The notes under the pieces were generated by a model. The model searched no databases. It was not told the origin of the DNA and worked only from the letters and a program-made list of their open reading frames with translations. DNA of 63,350 bases, the filler included, from Octopus bimaculoides (lineage: Eukaryota): the NCBI RefSeq assembly GCF_001194135.2. It is 6 parts of 6 records of this genome, joined end to end, with 100 filler letters (N's around TTAATTAATTAA, not from the genome) between each part and the next. Parts side by side here need not be neighbours in the genome. Positions count along the whole stretch, not along the records: positions 26,680 to 42,475 come from NC_068992.1; positions 42,576 to 53,870 come from NC_069005.1; 4 more parts are not named here. The stretch is one strand, 5' to 3'. This document shows, one piece after another, positions 36,232 through 49,378 of this stretch. Made by a program: the position numbers and the translations under genes. How positions within the stretch are numbered: position 1 is the stretch's first letter; the number at the start of each line of letters is the position of its first letter.

Positions 36232-36640
36232 AAGGCGGTGGGCTAGCAGAATCGTTTGCGCGTCGTTACGTTCTGAGTTCAAATTCCGCCGAGGTCGACT
36301 TTGCCTTTCATTATTTTGGGGTCGATTAAATAAGTACCAGTTACGCACTGGGGTCGTTGTAATCGACTTAATCCCTTTTCCTTGTTTGTCCGCTCTATGT
36401 GGGCAATAAAGAAATAATTATATATTTTTAACTTAAGGCGGCGCGCTGGAAGAATCGTTAGTACGCCGGGCGAAATGCTTAGCGGCGTCTCGCTCGGCGA
36501 AACGTTCTGAGTTCAAATACCGCCGAGGTCGACTTTGTCTTTCATCCTTTCGAGGGTCGATAAAATAAGTACCAGTTAAACTTTTGGTTTGATGAAATCG
36601 AATTAATCACTTCCCCAAAATTTGAGGCCTTGTGCTTCCA
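36232..36640 (+). mobile_element. Two further tandem SINE family 2 copies
   Basis: taaggcgg heads at ~36231 and ~36433; B-box gagttcaaat.cc. Confidence 0.85.
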
Positions 36641-38015
36641 TTAGAACGGATTATATTTCTTTGACTTGTTTCAGTCATTGGACAGCGACTATGCTGGGGT
36701 CTGATCGAGACAAATCAACTTATGTACTTACGTTTTTATGCATACATATATGTATATGCGTACATACGTACATACATCGACATGCATCTTTGTTTGTGTT
36801 TGCATCTATTTGTATATGTGTGTGCGTGTGTGTAGGTGATATGCACTATAATTGATTTTTTAGTAAACAATTCCCGATAGAATAACTATATTAGCACACC
36901 TCATCCATTCAGCATTCGCTGAAATACCTTGGTTTATATTCTAATGCAATAATCTCCACAGATAAATCTATGTGAGTATTCATCAACGACATGAAACAGG
37001 CAAAAAACACTAGCTGCCACCTAAGAAATATGAAAACGTGTTCCAAACTGAATATTTAATATATTTCATTCAGAATAGCATTTTATGCTTGAGTAAATGC
37101 TAACTTTAATTTTAAATTAGAAGGTGGCCAATTTTATATAATAAAATATAATATGATATGATATAAATATAATAAGATACGTGCATATATCCATGAACAC
37201 ACACACACACACACACAGAAATACATACACACACACATATATGTATACATGGATACATATAGATACACATATATATAGATAGATATACATATAAATAAAC
37301 CATACATATACACGGACACAGATACACACGCACATATAGTTTAATGTTCCGGTATAGATAGGATCAACAAAAAGCGTACTCTATCCAGACCGGAGAGAGA
37401 TAAACAAGATTTAATATAGCTAATTTAAAGAAAAGAGCTACCAATAGTAACTTGTTTAAAATTGTGTGCATATGTGTATATATAAATATATATATATATA
37501 TATATGTGTGTGTNNNNNNNNNNNNNNNNNNNNNNNNNNNNNNNNNNNNNNNNNNNNNNNNNNNNNNNNNNNNNNNNNNNNNNNNNNNNNNNNNNNNNNN
37601 NNNNNNNNNNNNNNNNNNNNNNNNNNNNNNNNNNNNNNNNNNNNNNNNNNNNNNNNNNNNNNNNNNNNNNNNNNNNNNNNNNNNNNNNNNNNNNNNNNNN
37701 NNNNNNNNNNNNNNNNNNNNNNNNNNNNNNNNNNNNNNNNNNNNNNNNNNNNNNNNNNNNNNNNNNNNNNNNCAACTTTCAGGCATTATATTATGTCTAT
37801 TTATTTATTAAAAAAAAACAATTATAACAATATATATATACATGTATAACATATTATTCTTTACATATATAAAGGTACCAGTACTTATTAAAATATATAA
37901 CGTAGAACAAAGAAAGTACTAGTACCTCATTTTTAACTGCACAACCAACGTCAGTACTTGATTGGTAATCAGATAGATGGTGATAATGGCGATGGTGATG
38001 ATGATGGTAACGAGG

Positions 38016-38077
<62 letters not shown>

Positions 38078-38167
38078 TTAATAATAATAATGATAATCAT
38101 ATCAATAACGACAAGAACAACACGACCAACAACTTATTAATGCTTCAAAACAGATTCCTGACGTTAT

Positions 38168-38353
38168 AATCCTTTCTACTAAGGCACAAGGCCCGAAATA
38201 TTTTGGATGGGGCCAGTCAATTAGATCTACCCTAGTACGCAACTGGAAGGGCAAAGTCTACCTCGGTGGAATTTGAATTCAAAACGTAAAGACAGACGAA
38301 ATACCGCTAAGCATTTCGCCCGGCGTGCTAACGTGTCTGCCAGCTCACCGCCT
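38168..38353 (-). mobile_element. SINE family 2
   Basis: Reverse complement of the family consensus seen elsewhere in the window. Confidence 0.85.
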
Positions 38354-38552
38354 TATTCCTGTTATTTTAATGCCCCCGAAACAATAGTCAGTATTAAACT
38401 ACGCCAAAGAAATATATATACAATACAGACATCTACAGGTATATACATGCGCACATATATAAAAGTGTGCATACAGATATACACGCACCATATATGAATA
38501 TATGCATGTATCACACACGCACACACTCAAACACAGATGTATATATGAATAT

Positions 38553-39022
38553 AGGTGTGGATTAGTCATAAGAAGCTTGTTTCCCAAACACATAGCCACG
38601 GTTTCAGTCCCGCTGCGTGGTGCATTGGGAAGTGTCTTGCACAATAGCCTCTGCCCGAACAAAACCCTGTGAGTGGATTTGGTAGACGGAAACTGAAAGA
38701 AGTCCGTCATAAATATATATATACATATATTTATTTGTATGTGTGTGTTTATGCAAGTGTGTGTATGTGTGTGTGTGCACATGTGTGTATGCGTGTGTTT
38801 GTGTCACAATTTGAACGCCGTCACCACCATCGTTTGACAACCGGTGTTGGTGTGTTTACATCCCAGTAATTTAGTGGTTCGGCACATGTAACCGATAGTA
38901 TAATTATCGGCTTAAAAGAAAAAAACAAAAAAAACAGAACTTGGGTCGATTCATTGGACTAAAAATTCTTCATGGGGATGCCACAGCATGGCCACAGTTT
39001 AATGACTGAGACAAGTTTAAAA
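38553..39022 (+). mobile_element. SINE family 1, full length, diverged, with internal TA/TG microsatellite
   Basis: Head ..ggtttcagtcccgctgcgtgg..gtgagtggatttggtagacggaaactgaaagaag; 3' half ..catggccacagtttaatgactgagacaag. Confidence 0.85.
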
Positions 39023-39866
39023 GTATATATATATATATATATATACAAACGTGCCTGTATTGTTCTTATGATGTATAATCTTTGCTTGCCTTCTAGCAGA
39101 TTAAAATTATCCTCTTAGTTTGGTTTAATAACTGCATATTAACATTTCTGTACTAAATTAAACAGGCAAGCTTACATATACACATGCACACTTCTAAACA
39201 CACACACATAGACACACACACACACACATACATATTAAAAGTTCAGCATTAATTTTAACATTGAAAGCAAGTAAATCCTTTTATTACAAGAACGTAAATG
39301 AAGACAACAATTGAAGAAACTAGAATCAAAATGCATTTAATCACGGCATTGTCTTTCATAATCTTGTTTATGCCGTTATATTTTAGTTTCCAACTTCAAA
39401 ATATGAGTCCACACAAGAACACATCTTACCGCGTAATAATGCTATGGTTTGTCTTGGATTGTTTAGGATTTTTTAAAGGCAAGTTTCTGATATATCCTTA
39501 TTTAATGCTGGACAAAATACGCTTCCATTTATCCCTTTCACTGTACACTTCTTCACTTCTTCGCCGTGGTCTTCGTAATCTTTTGACTGTAATGTCTTGG
39601 ATGTCTTCCAATTGGGTCTACTTCGATCATTTGGATATCCTGTGCCAGCTACGTAGGTCAAGTGTCATTCTTCTATTCTGTTGCTAGTTTCAGACTTTCG
39701 CATGTCCATGCGGGCGTTTCACCTTCAAAGATTTTTCTTCATACACACACATACATGCACACACATATATAGTATCGCCTATAATATATATATATATTTG
39801 TATATATATNNNNNNNNNNNNNNNNNNNNNNNNNNNNNNNNNNNNNNNNNNNNNNNNNNNNNNNNN

Positions 39867-39902
<36 letters not shown>

Positions 39903-40400
39903 ATGTTTATAATGTACTGTTCAACAAAGATCAACAAAAAAAGTGCTCCATCTGGTGAGAGATAAACATTATTTATTTAAAGAGCACAAAACATAGCTTT
40001 AAGTGCTACTATTACTTTCATATCTTCAGAAATATCTCAAACGTATTCATCAAGCACAAACCGCTTATAACGAACTGAAAAAAAATTGAATAAAAGAAGA
40101 AACACAAAAAAGCTAAGAAGGCAGCATATAGAAAACGCGGAATGTTAAAAAACGGAAAACGAAAAGGTAAACACTAAAATGTAAAAATTAAAAAAGGTAA
40201 AAGATTTTTCCTCCTTACCTTAAATTATAAGGCTGGAAAGATATCAGATTAATCTGGTAGAGGCGTAATTTTCCAGTTCTTCAAAACATGTGTGTGTCTG
40301 CGTGTATGCATGTATAAATGTGCATGTGTGTCTGTGCTTGTGTGTTTATATGGGTTTGTGTGTGCTTGTTTATGCTTTTGACACTAGGCTTTGTTCATAT

Positions 40401-40815
40401 TGGCGCAGCAGTGGCTGTGTGGTAAGTAGCTTGCTTAAGAGCCATATGGTTCTGGGTTCAGTCCCACTGCGTGGCACGCTGGGCAAGTGTCTTCTACTAT
40501 AGCCTCGGGCCGACCAAAGCCTTGTGAGTGGATTTGGTAGACGGAAACTGAAACTAGCCTGTCGTATGTATGTATGTGTGTGTTTGTCCCCCCCCCCCCC
40601 NNNNNNNNNNNNNNNNNNNNNNNNNNNNNNNNNCCCCCCCCACATCGCTTGACAACCGATGCTTGTGTGTATACGTCCCCGTAACATAGCGGTTCTGCAA
40701 AAGTGAGCGATAGAATAAGTACTAGTCTTTCAAAGAATAAGTCCTGGGGTCAATTTGCTCTACTAAAGGCGGTGCTGCAGCATAGTTGCACTCAAATTAC
40801 GGAAACAAGTAAAAG
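40401..40815 (+). mobile_element. SINE family 1, full length (tRNA-like head, central domain, internal TG/poly-C tract, 3' tail)
   Basis: A-box-like tggctgtgtggtaag, B-box ggttcagtccc, then ggcaagtgtcttctactatagcctcgggccgaccaaagccttgtgagtggatttggtagacggaaactg. Resemblance to Meta-domain SINEs is from memory and unverified. Confidence 0.9.
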
Positions 40816-40964
40816 AATCAAAGAATAGGAAAACTAAAAAATTATGAATACTAAGAGCAAAATTGCACCTTCAGATGTAAATAAAGATTTCCTGAAGTGT
40901 CTATGAGCCTAATGATAAATTTGTGGTTAAACAAGTTATGTTTTACAATAATAATAATTCTTCC

Positions 40965-41303
40965 TACTAAAAGCACAAGGTTTGAAATTTGTTGGGTTGG
41001 GGTGGACTACTCGAATACACCGACCCCAGTGCACAATTGGTACTTAATTCACTGACCCCGAAAGTTTGAAAGGCAAAGTCAATCATGGCAGCATCTGAAC
41101 TCTGAATGTAAAGAATGTAATAGTAATAATAATCGTTTCTACTATAGGCACAATGACTCAACTGGTACCTAATTTATCGACCCCCGAAAGAATAAAAAGC
41201 AGAGTTGACCTCGGCGGAATTTGAACTTAGAACGTAGCGACGGGCGAAATACTGCTAAGCATTACGTCCAGCGTGCTAACGATTCTGCCAGCTCGCCGCC
41301 TTA
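40965..41303 (-). mobile_element. Two SINE family 2 copies (one partial)
   Basis: Reverse complements of the family consensus. Confidence 0.85.
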
Positions 41304-41324
41304 GTAGTAGTAGTAGTAGTAGTT

Positions 41325-41355
<31 letters not shown>

Positions 41356-41399
41356 TAGTAGTAGTAGTAGTAGCAGTAGTAGTAGTAGTAGTAGTAGTA

Positions 41400-42065
<666 letters not shown>

Positions 42066-42068
42066 CTT

Positions 42069-42475
42069 TAACTGAATTGCTAAATAGAACTGGATGCGGT
42101 TACAAATGCTACGGAAAAACAGTCAGCCACCTTCTATATATGGATGACCTAAAATTATATGCAAAAAACGACAAAGAGCTAGAAGCACTACTACAAACAG
42201 TACACGGCTTTACCAAGAAAATAGATATGAAATTCGGATTAGAAAAATGTGCCAAAGCAACCCTGAAAAGAGGAAAATTAGTTAAAAGTAGCAATATAAC
42301 ACTAGATAAAGCCAATGAAATAAGAGAACTAGACGAAAGCCAAACATATAAGTATTTAGGAGTCAATGAACTAGATAGGATACAACATACACAAATGAAA
42401 GAAAAAATAAAGAAGGAGTACTATAGACGAGTTAGATCAATACTAAAAACAGAGCTCAATGCTAAAAACAAGATA
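42069..42475 (+). mobile_element. R4/Dong-clade LINE RT fragment, 5'-truncated, open frame to the spacer
   Basis: SHLLYMDDLKLYAK..MKFGLEKCA..YKYLGV..KEYYRRVRSILKTELNAKNKI is typical R4/Dong RT. It starts directly after (AAT)n, the known Dong target type. Confidence 0.85.
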
Positions 42476-42575
42476 NNNNNNNNNNNNNNNNNNNNNNNNN
42501 NNNNNNNNNNNNNNNNNNNTTAATTAATTAANNNNNNNNNNNNNNNNNNNNNNNNNNNNNNNNNNNNNNNNNNNN
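42476..42575. other. Artificial 100-nt scaffold spacer
   Basis: 44N-TTAATTAATTAA-44N. Confidence 0.9.
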
Positions 42576-42646
42576 TTTTTCGTATTCCTTTTTCTACACA
42601 TATTTTACACCTAGTAGGCAGAACGGGTCTCAAACTGTATATTAAC

Positions 42647-42862
42647 CGCGACGAGTTGGCAGAATCGTTAGCGCGCTGTACGAAATGCTTAGCGGTATTT
42701 CGCCCGTCGCTACGTTCTAAGTTCAAATTCTACCGAGGTTTACTTTGCCTTTCATCCTTTCGGGGTCGATAAATTAAGTGCCAGTGAAACACTGGGGTTG
42801 ATGTAATCGACTAGTCCCCTCCCACAAAATTTCAGGCCTTGTGCCTTTAGTAGAAAGGATTA
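42647..42862 (+). mobile_element. SINE family 2, full length
   Basis: gagttggcagaatcgttagc...aagttcaaattc...ggccttgtgcctttagtagaaagg. Confidence 0.9.
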
Positions 42863-42869
42863 TTATAGA

Positions 42870-43416
42870 AGCGGAGGGAAAGTGTGACAACGTTCTAGGG
42901 GAGACCTTCGGCGTCGAAGGTCAGATCTTTTCCAGAGAACTTTTGGCCCGGGACCCATGGATAATTTCCAAAAATCTCTGGTCTAGCAGTTTTACCGGGG
43001 AACTTTGCCTGTTCGAGATAAACTTTACAGGCACAGAAGTGCTGTCAGCCAGGCGTGTCCGAGATGCGCACAGGACGACGAGACGGTCCTGCATGCACTC
43101 GTCCAGTGCTCGAGCATTGCTGACCTGTAGGTTTATGTCGAACACCTGTCAACTGGATCTATCGAGAGGATCGTCCCGCCGCCTTCCTTTAACTGAGAAG
43201 GGAAGGTTGTGTTTATATGCCTGGTGACCATGGCGAAAGAGGTTTATGGTGGACGAGACTGAAGGGACTGAAAGCAAACACTTTTCTCTTTGGCCAATCC
43301 CTGATCAACTTCTTCAAGTTTCATTTGAAAAGGAAAATAAGGGTAGAGAGGAAAGTGTTGTCTTCTAGCCAGTTTGCTGTAAGGTGGATGAAAGAGGCGA
43401 GAATGATACGAGTGAA
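42870..43416 (+). mobile_element. Tx1/L1-group LINE 3' ORF fragment (zinc-knuckle region), continues at 44879-45176
   Basis: CPRCAQDDETVLHALVQC; FFKFHLKRKIRVERK; homologous to 47340-47950. Confidence 0.8.
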
Positions 43417-44878
43417 CAGGTTTGGGATCTAGTTAAACTGATTCACAAAATCAACCCCCTTTAATTTTGCTCAAATTGCTTTCATTTTTAGTTTATCAAT
43501 GCAACACTGAATTTTGATTACGATCAACCAATTACTTTATCTCGCAAATTAAAGAATCTGACGTTCTTTGGAATTAAAGTTGGTAAATTTGGGTAACTTT
43601 AGCCAATCAACAGACAGCGAAGCATTACCAGCTTGTTACCATGACAACCGCACGTTGTGTTGTGTTTCATTTCACCCGCACGTTGTATCATGTTGATTCT
43701 TCACACCACGATATTTACTTCACCCGCGTGTTTTGTTTTAATAAAAATTTATATTTATCAATTAAAATTTTATTGTAGATATTTTTCGTCAGTTGTCTTA
43801 ATATTTTACATATTTTTCATATATAGCAAAAGCTGTTGGCGATGTTTATACAGTTTCTTGGCATTATGAAGGTGAACGGAATATGTGAACTTAGTACACA
43901 ACCGCATACCTACACTTCAAGCACAATACTGACCAAAGCATCGGTGACTCATCGATTCAGTATTGCTAAGCTTCAGAGATTCATTGACTCAGCTGGATTT
44001 ATGATTTCACTAGATTAATTCTATTCATAAACATTTAAATTACGATTATTTCTCAAACCGTTAGCTTCACATTTCAGCTGCTTAACTGAAATTTAGTCCA
44101 CGTAACAGGAACTGAGAGGGATATCGTGGAATAGAGAAACTGTGTGTGATACAGATAATTTGACACAATTTTTTTAATCTGGCATCCAAAAACATAAGAT
44201 ACAGGTATTCTTTTTCTTGGATCAAATTCTTTGTTGACCAATGTTATTCTTATCATAGTTTACAAATCCAAGCATGAAAACGTTACTCAACTTTGGAGTT
44301 TCGGAGACAGACTCACACGCATACATGCACACACACACATGAATGCATAAATATATATATAAACTTATATATGAATACATACATCCACATGCAATTATAT
44401 ATTAATGATGTACACAAATACATGATAGGTATACATAATACTGAAATACGCATGCAGACAAATACAACAAATTTTTTTAAATAATACAAACATACAAAAC
44501 ACTACAGAAATCAATGAGGAGACAAAAGAAACAGTAAGATGATACATGTTGATTTTATTAGGTGTTTCTGTTTATTTAGAAATCCACAAAGAACAGGTCA
44601 TTTCACAGATGCTAAACTATAAATTTCATAGGGTACAACCTTAAAGTTGACACCGCTAAACGCAAAAGGTTTTTGTCTCACTATTGGCTAAAAATACAGT
44701 TTTTTCGATTCTTAAACCTCTGTAATTTTTTCCTCCAATTTTTTCTCCTCAACATCATGCCTTCATAGCAATAAGAGTGGAAAACTACAGTAATATAGCC
44801 GATTTTCAGATTATTTTTTTTTACTTCCTTTTAAAAAGTGGAGATTTTGTGAATCAGTTTAACTAGATCCCGAGCCTG
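43417..44878. mobile_element. 1.46-kb non-autonomous DNA element with 36-bp TIRs (CAGG...CCTG); no TSD visible
   Basis: Perfect 29-bp inverted repeat 43424-43452 / 44843-44871, extendable to caggtttggg / cccgagcctg. It interrupts the Tx1 ORF end. Confidence 0.8.
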
Positions 44879-45176
44879 CCCTGAGCATACGTCTGTAGTT
44901 GGAGAAAAGGAAAGGAAATGAGGCACCTGCCCCAAAAGTCAGGGTACCCATGGTTTTTATGAAGTTTTTCCATGAGCAGCTCTCGAACGTCTCCTCACTA
45001 CTGAGATACATTGTTGAATTTATTAATTTTGTTTTTTTTGTTAGTCTTGTTTACACCCGAAACCCTCACAACACACTCACACATATACACATTCTTTGTT
45101 TTGTCCTGCACTGTCCATAATGTTTTCTTAATGTAAACCCTTATGGTTAATAAAGAAATCATTATCATTATCATTA
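44879..45176 (+). mobile_element. Tx1 LINE ORF end and 3' UTR with AATAAA (45149-45154) and (ATC/ATT) tail
   Basis: ctgagcatacgtctgtag completes the ORF interrupted at 43416; tail resembles 48240-48310. Confidence 0.65.
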
Positions 45177-45184
45177 TGACTGTC

Positions 45185-45800
45185 AGCCGGGTAGCGAAAT
45201 TTGTTTTCCCACGAAAGTTCCGGACCCCAGTTATGAACTCATTTGCATACAGCCAATCAGCGCCCAACTATCAAACTAATTTATGAGCGCATAACAAGTG
45301 ATGGGCGATAAGATAAGGCCTCTTGATTAAGGAATGACCATGATTCTTTTCTCTTTTAAGAATGCTTCTTGTTCTTGTTCTTGTTTCAACCATGGCTGCC
45401 TCTGCGTAGTTATTTGTGTTGTTGTTTACTTTCTAAAACATTAAGNNNNNNNNNNCTGCCTCTGCGTAGTTATTTGTGTTGTTGTTTACTTTCTAAAACA
45501 TTAAGAGGAGAGGGTTGCTAGCACATCACCCTCTACCCACATTTTTCCCATCCACATTTTTACCATATGGGGTCCTAGCAAAATCCGATAATAAGTATAG
45601 ATGCAAATCTAACTTGTCTCCTAAAATCAGGCATAACTTTGCGGTCGGTCGACTTACAACACCGTTTTTCGTCTTGAGTTTACTTGGAAGCGTGTGTTTG
45701 TTAACTTGACAAGGTCAAGGCCAGCTTTAATTGGCTGTATGCAAATGAGTTCATTACTGAGGTCCGGAACTCTCGTGGGGAAAAAATTTCGCAGCCGGGT
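45185..45800. mobile_element. ~600-bp MITE with ~65-bp TIRs; agccgggt flanks both ends in direct orientation (possible 8-bp TSD)
   Basis: 45194-45257 is the reverse complement of 45730-45792; agccgggt at 45185-45192 and 45793-45800. Confidence 0.8.
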
Positions 45801-46095
45801 GAGCCACGTTTACCTCGGTTCCGTATTTTGGTCTTGAAAAATCCTTATTTTCTCTGACTGGGAAAAAAATTTTAATTTTCCAAGATAGAAAAAACAATAA
45901 TAAATGTTCGAAAGAGNNNNNNNNNNNNNNNNNNNNNNNNNNNNNNNNNNNNNNNNNNNNNNNNNNNNNNNNNNNNNNNNNNNNNNNNNNNNNNNNNNNN
46001 NNNNNNNNNNNNNNNNNNNNNNNNNNNNNNNNNNNNNNNNNNNNNNNNNNNNNNNNNNNNNNNNNNNNNNNNNNNNNNNNNNNNNNNNNNNNNNN

Positions 46096-48260
46096 GCGCA
46101 ACAGTTTGGGGAGGGCGATGGGTCGACAATGGTACCTGGACGGCCTGCCGCGGCTCTCGGCAGCTGAAGCGAGGTTATGTAAAAAGCCGATAACAGCTGC
46201 TGAAATTCGAGAGATGAGCGATTGCACAAGTCGCAAATCGCCAGGTTTGGATGGTCTGCCCTATGAATTCTATGTTTTCATGCCAGATTTGATTGGTAAC
46301 CTCTTGGTAGACGTCTACCACAACTGACAACAAAACGGAAGAATTACTAGTGCTGTTAGCCGGGGTGTGATGACACTACTGAAGATGGACGCCGACAGTA
46401 GGGATGTACTAGGGAATTTTCGGCTCATAACTCTGGTGAACACAGAGGTTGGATCGTTGCAATGCACAGCGGCACATGCTCGGTGGTCAAATTAAACGAC
46501 CATCTTATTGGAACCGTTTAGCATCGCACGCCCTTTCCTTCAGGGCTATCGTTGTCCCCTTTTCTGTACGTGCCGGCTCTCGATCCACTGGTGCAAGAGT
46601 TAGAACAATTGAGGGGCCTCCCTTTCGAACTGGGACACGGAAGGGAAATGTCAGCATACGCGGACGACGTCACCGTCATGGCGTCGGACGGTCGGCTCCA
46701 TTCTAATGGAATGTAAGTTGGTTGCAGGGGCCAAAACCAACACCGAAAAGTCGGTGGGCTTGCGACTGGGCACATGGAGAGGCAAGTCGATGCCGTCAGA
46801 CGGAGTCGTCGGACACTAGACTGATGGACCAATTAAACTGTTCGGGGTCTGATTCGGTTCCGACCTCCAGGTGGATAAGAACTAGGATGAGGTGACGAAC
46901 AGGTTGGCCAGTCTTACTCAGAAATGGGCAGAGAGGAAGCTGTCCTTGAAAGATCGTGCAGAGGTGGTGAATGCCTACATCATTTATCGCCTGACCGTCG
47001 TGCCTTGCCCCAGTTACAGCATGATCAATTTGGAGTTTCTCTTATTTATTTTCTTGTGGAAGGGACGCGTTCCGATGGTAGGCAGTCAGTCTGTTGCTAG
47101 CTCTGCTGAGTAGCAGTTTAGACATGCCGTGGCTTTGATGCACAGACATGTGCTCAGATTGCACCACTTGCAATGATTTCTGGAAGTGAATGTGCATGGG
47201 CTTCGTTTGTGAGGTACTTCTTTCCGCAACTCATCTCTTTGACGTCTGGCACCTAGAATGTCGTCAGGCGCTCACTGTCCTCTACTAGTCAGACAATAGG
47301 ACCGGTGGATGTTCTACTTTAGCTATATATAGAGAATTAGTGGCGGGGAAGTGCGACGACGTCCTAAGGGAGAGTCTGGGCGTCAATGAAGACGAACTGG
47401 CTAGTCTGTCCCGGAGGAGTTCTCGGTTGGCAATGCTACCGGTGTGGGGGGGGNNNNNNNNNNNNNNNNNNNNNNNNNNNNNNNNNNNNNNNNNNNNNNN
47501 NNNNNNNNNNNNNNNNNNNNNNNNNNNNNNNNNNNNNNNNNNNNNNNNNNNGGGGGGGGGGAGTCTACCTGTTCGAGATAAACGGATGTGTTGTGAGACA
47601 GGTTTGTCCGCGAAGCGCACAGAGCGATGAAATCGTTCTGCATGCACTCGTTCAGTGTCCGAGAATTGCTTACTTGCAGAGTTATGCCGAACAGCTGCTG
47701 TCGCGTGTGGGACGGATCTGTCTGTCGTCCGAGTCCATAGTGAGGATTATCCCGCCGTCCTGCTTTAATTGGACAGGCAAGGCAGTTTACTTTTGCCTGA
47801 TGGCTGTGGCGAAAGAGGTTGTCTTGTGGCTCTTTGGTAAAGCCCTCATCCTCTTTTTCAAGTTTCACTTGAAAAGGAGAGGGAGATACTTCCTCGAGTG
47901 AATTTATCAAAAGGTAGGTGAAAGTTGCGAAAATGGCAAGAGTGGATGATACTATTCTCAGTGTAGATCTTTCAGTCGGAGGAAAGAAGTTGGAGAGGGC
48001 ACTTGTCCTTGGTATTCAGGGTGACCTTGGATGGTGGGGTTTTCGATTATCTCTAGGGGTCCTCCTGATACAGGAGGGCCCATCACTATTCCTTTTTTTT
48101 CTTCTTAGTGCCGTATACTATGTATACTTCCCTTCTTTTAATGTTTACCTTGTATACTTTTTTATCATTCCCTTATGTGTAAACCCCTACACTTTATGTT
48201 TGTTTTTGTATTGTCGCCCTCATCCTTCGCTCTGCTGGCATATAAAATAAATCATTATTG

Positions 48261-48309
<49 letters not shown>

Positions 48310-48310
48310 G
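46096..48310 (+). mobile_element. Tx1/L1-group LINE, decayed RT through 3' UTR and (ATT)n tail
   Basis: KSPGLDGLPYEFY, SAYADDVTVM, RAEVVNAYI..YRLTVVPCP, CPRSAQSDEIVLHALVQCP, aataaa near 48246, (TTA)n. Confidence 0.88.
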
Positions 48311-48547
48311 GCCACCATCCTAGGAAGACACATCAAGTTGGATCTCCGTAGTTTTTAAGTGTTTAATCAAGCGTTTCGGCTTGATTCAATCACTGGATCG
48401 CGGGGCTTAGTGGTCATTGTAATCTTGGATCTGTGGGTTTCCTTGACTGACCCTAGCCGGAAGCTCTCCTGTATTAGGAGAAAGGTTGTAAAATAAAGAA
48501 TAAACAATTAATGTTTATATGTTATATATATTTATCTTTTATCTTTT

Positions 48548-49005
48548 ATCTTTTACTTGTTTCAAGCATTAGACTGCAGCCATGCATCGCCTTGAAGACG
48601 TGTAGTCGAACGACTGGACCCCAATACTTATTTTTTAAAGCCCGGTACTTATTCTATCGGTTTCTTTTGCCGAACGGCTAAGTTACGGGGATGTAAACGC
48701 ACCAACACTAGTTCTCGAGCAGTAATGAGGAACAAACATAGACAAAGATACACACACGCATCATTATCCTCCTCCTCATCATCATCATTTAACGTCCGTT
48801 TTCCATGCTGACATAGGTTGAACAATTTGAGAACTGGTAAGCCGGGGAGCTGCACCAGGTTCCAATCTTACTTTTATTCTTTTAATATTTTAATTGGTTC
48901 AGTTATTTGACTGCCTTAAAGGGTTTTAATTGAAGAAATCGACTCTAGAAGTTATTCTTTGTAAGCCTAGTACTTATTCTATCGCTCTTTTTTGCCGAAC
49001 TGCTA
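48548..49005 (-). mobile_element. SINE family 1 3'-half copies with an RTE-B tail fragment between them (~48772-48870)
   Basis: acttattctatcg..ttttgccgaac.gcta occurs twice; catcatcatttaacgtccgttttccatgc. Confidence 0.7.
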
Positions 49006-49009
49006 GAAC

Positions 49010-49378
49010 TTTGCCACTTGACCCTTCTACCCTCTTCTAGACCACCAAAAGCTAGAATAGAGGTAACGGACCTCCATCGAAATTTATTGTTCTCAACAAT
49101 ATGTCTATCATTCTAGCTGGTTTTGGATAGTTATAAATACTAGAATTTGGTAAGGCAAAATCAGTGAGTGAGAGCGACTATCAGTTAGTGAGCAGAGACC
49201 AACTAGAGTCATGGCCACAAGCAAGCAGCCACTAAAGACAAACGGCCTGAGGGAGAAAGAAGGTTACAACCAGTCAACTATGAGACACAACTTCACTCGA
49301 CTCTATAACTTTCACTAGCTCAATTTCTGTTATCACTATACTTGGTTTACTACTACAATAAGAACGTGTACACACATA
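49010..49378 (+). mobile_element. LTR-like fragment
   Basis: TATAAATA near 49131, T-rich segment, AATAA near the end, terminal ..acaca. 5' end not identified. Confidence 0.3.

Noticed and set aside
39298-39687. 129-aa plus-strand ORF (MKTTIEETRIK...)
   Set aside because: No recognisable domain; the opposite strand loosely resembles a decayed RTE C-terminus.
40401-40480. tRNA-like heads of SINE families 1-3 as possible tRNA genes
   Set aside because: They continue into SINE bodies, are multi-copy and diverged, and do not form complete cloverleafs.
45396-45505. Exact 50-bp direct repeat flanking 10 N
   Set aside because: Typical unmerged contig overlap (negative gap) artefact.
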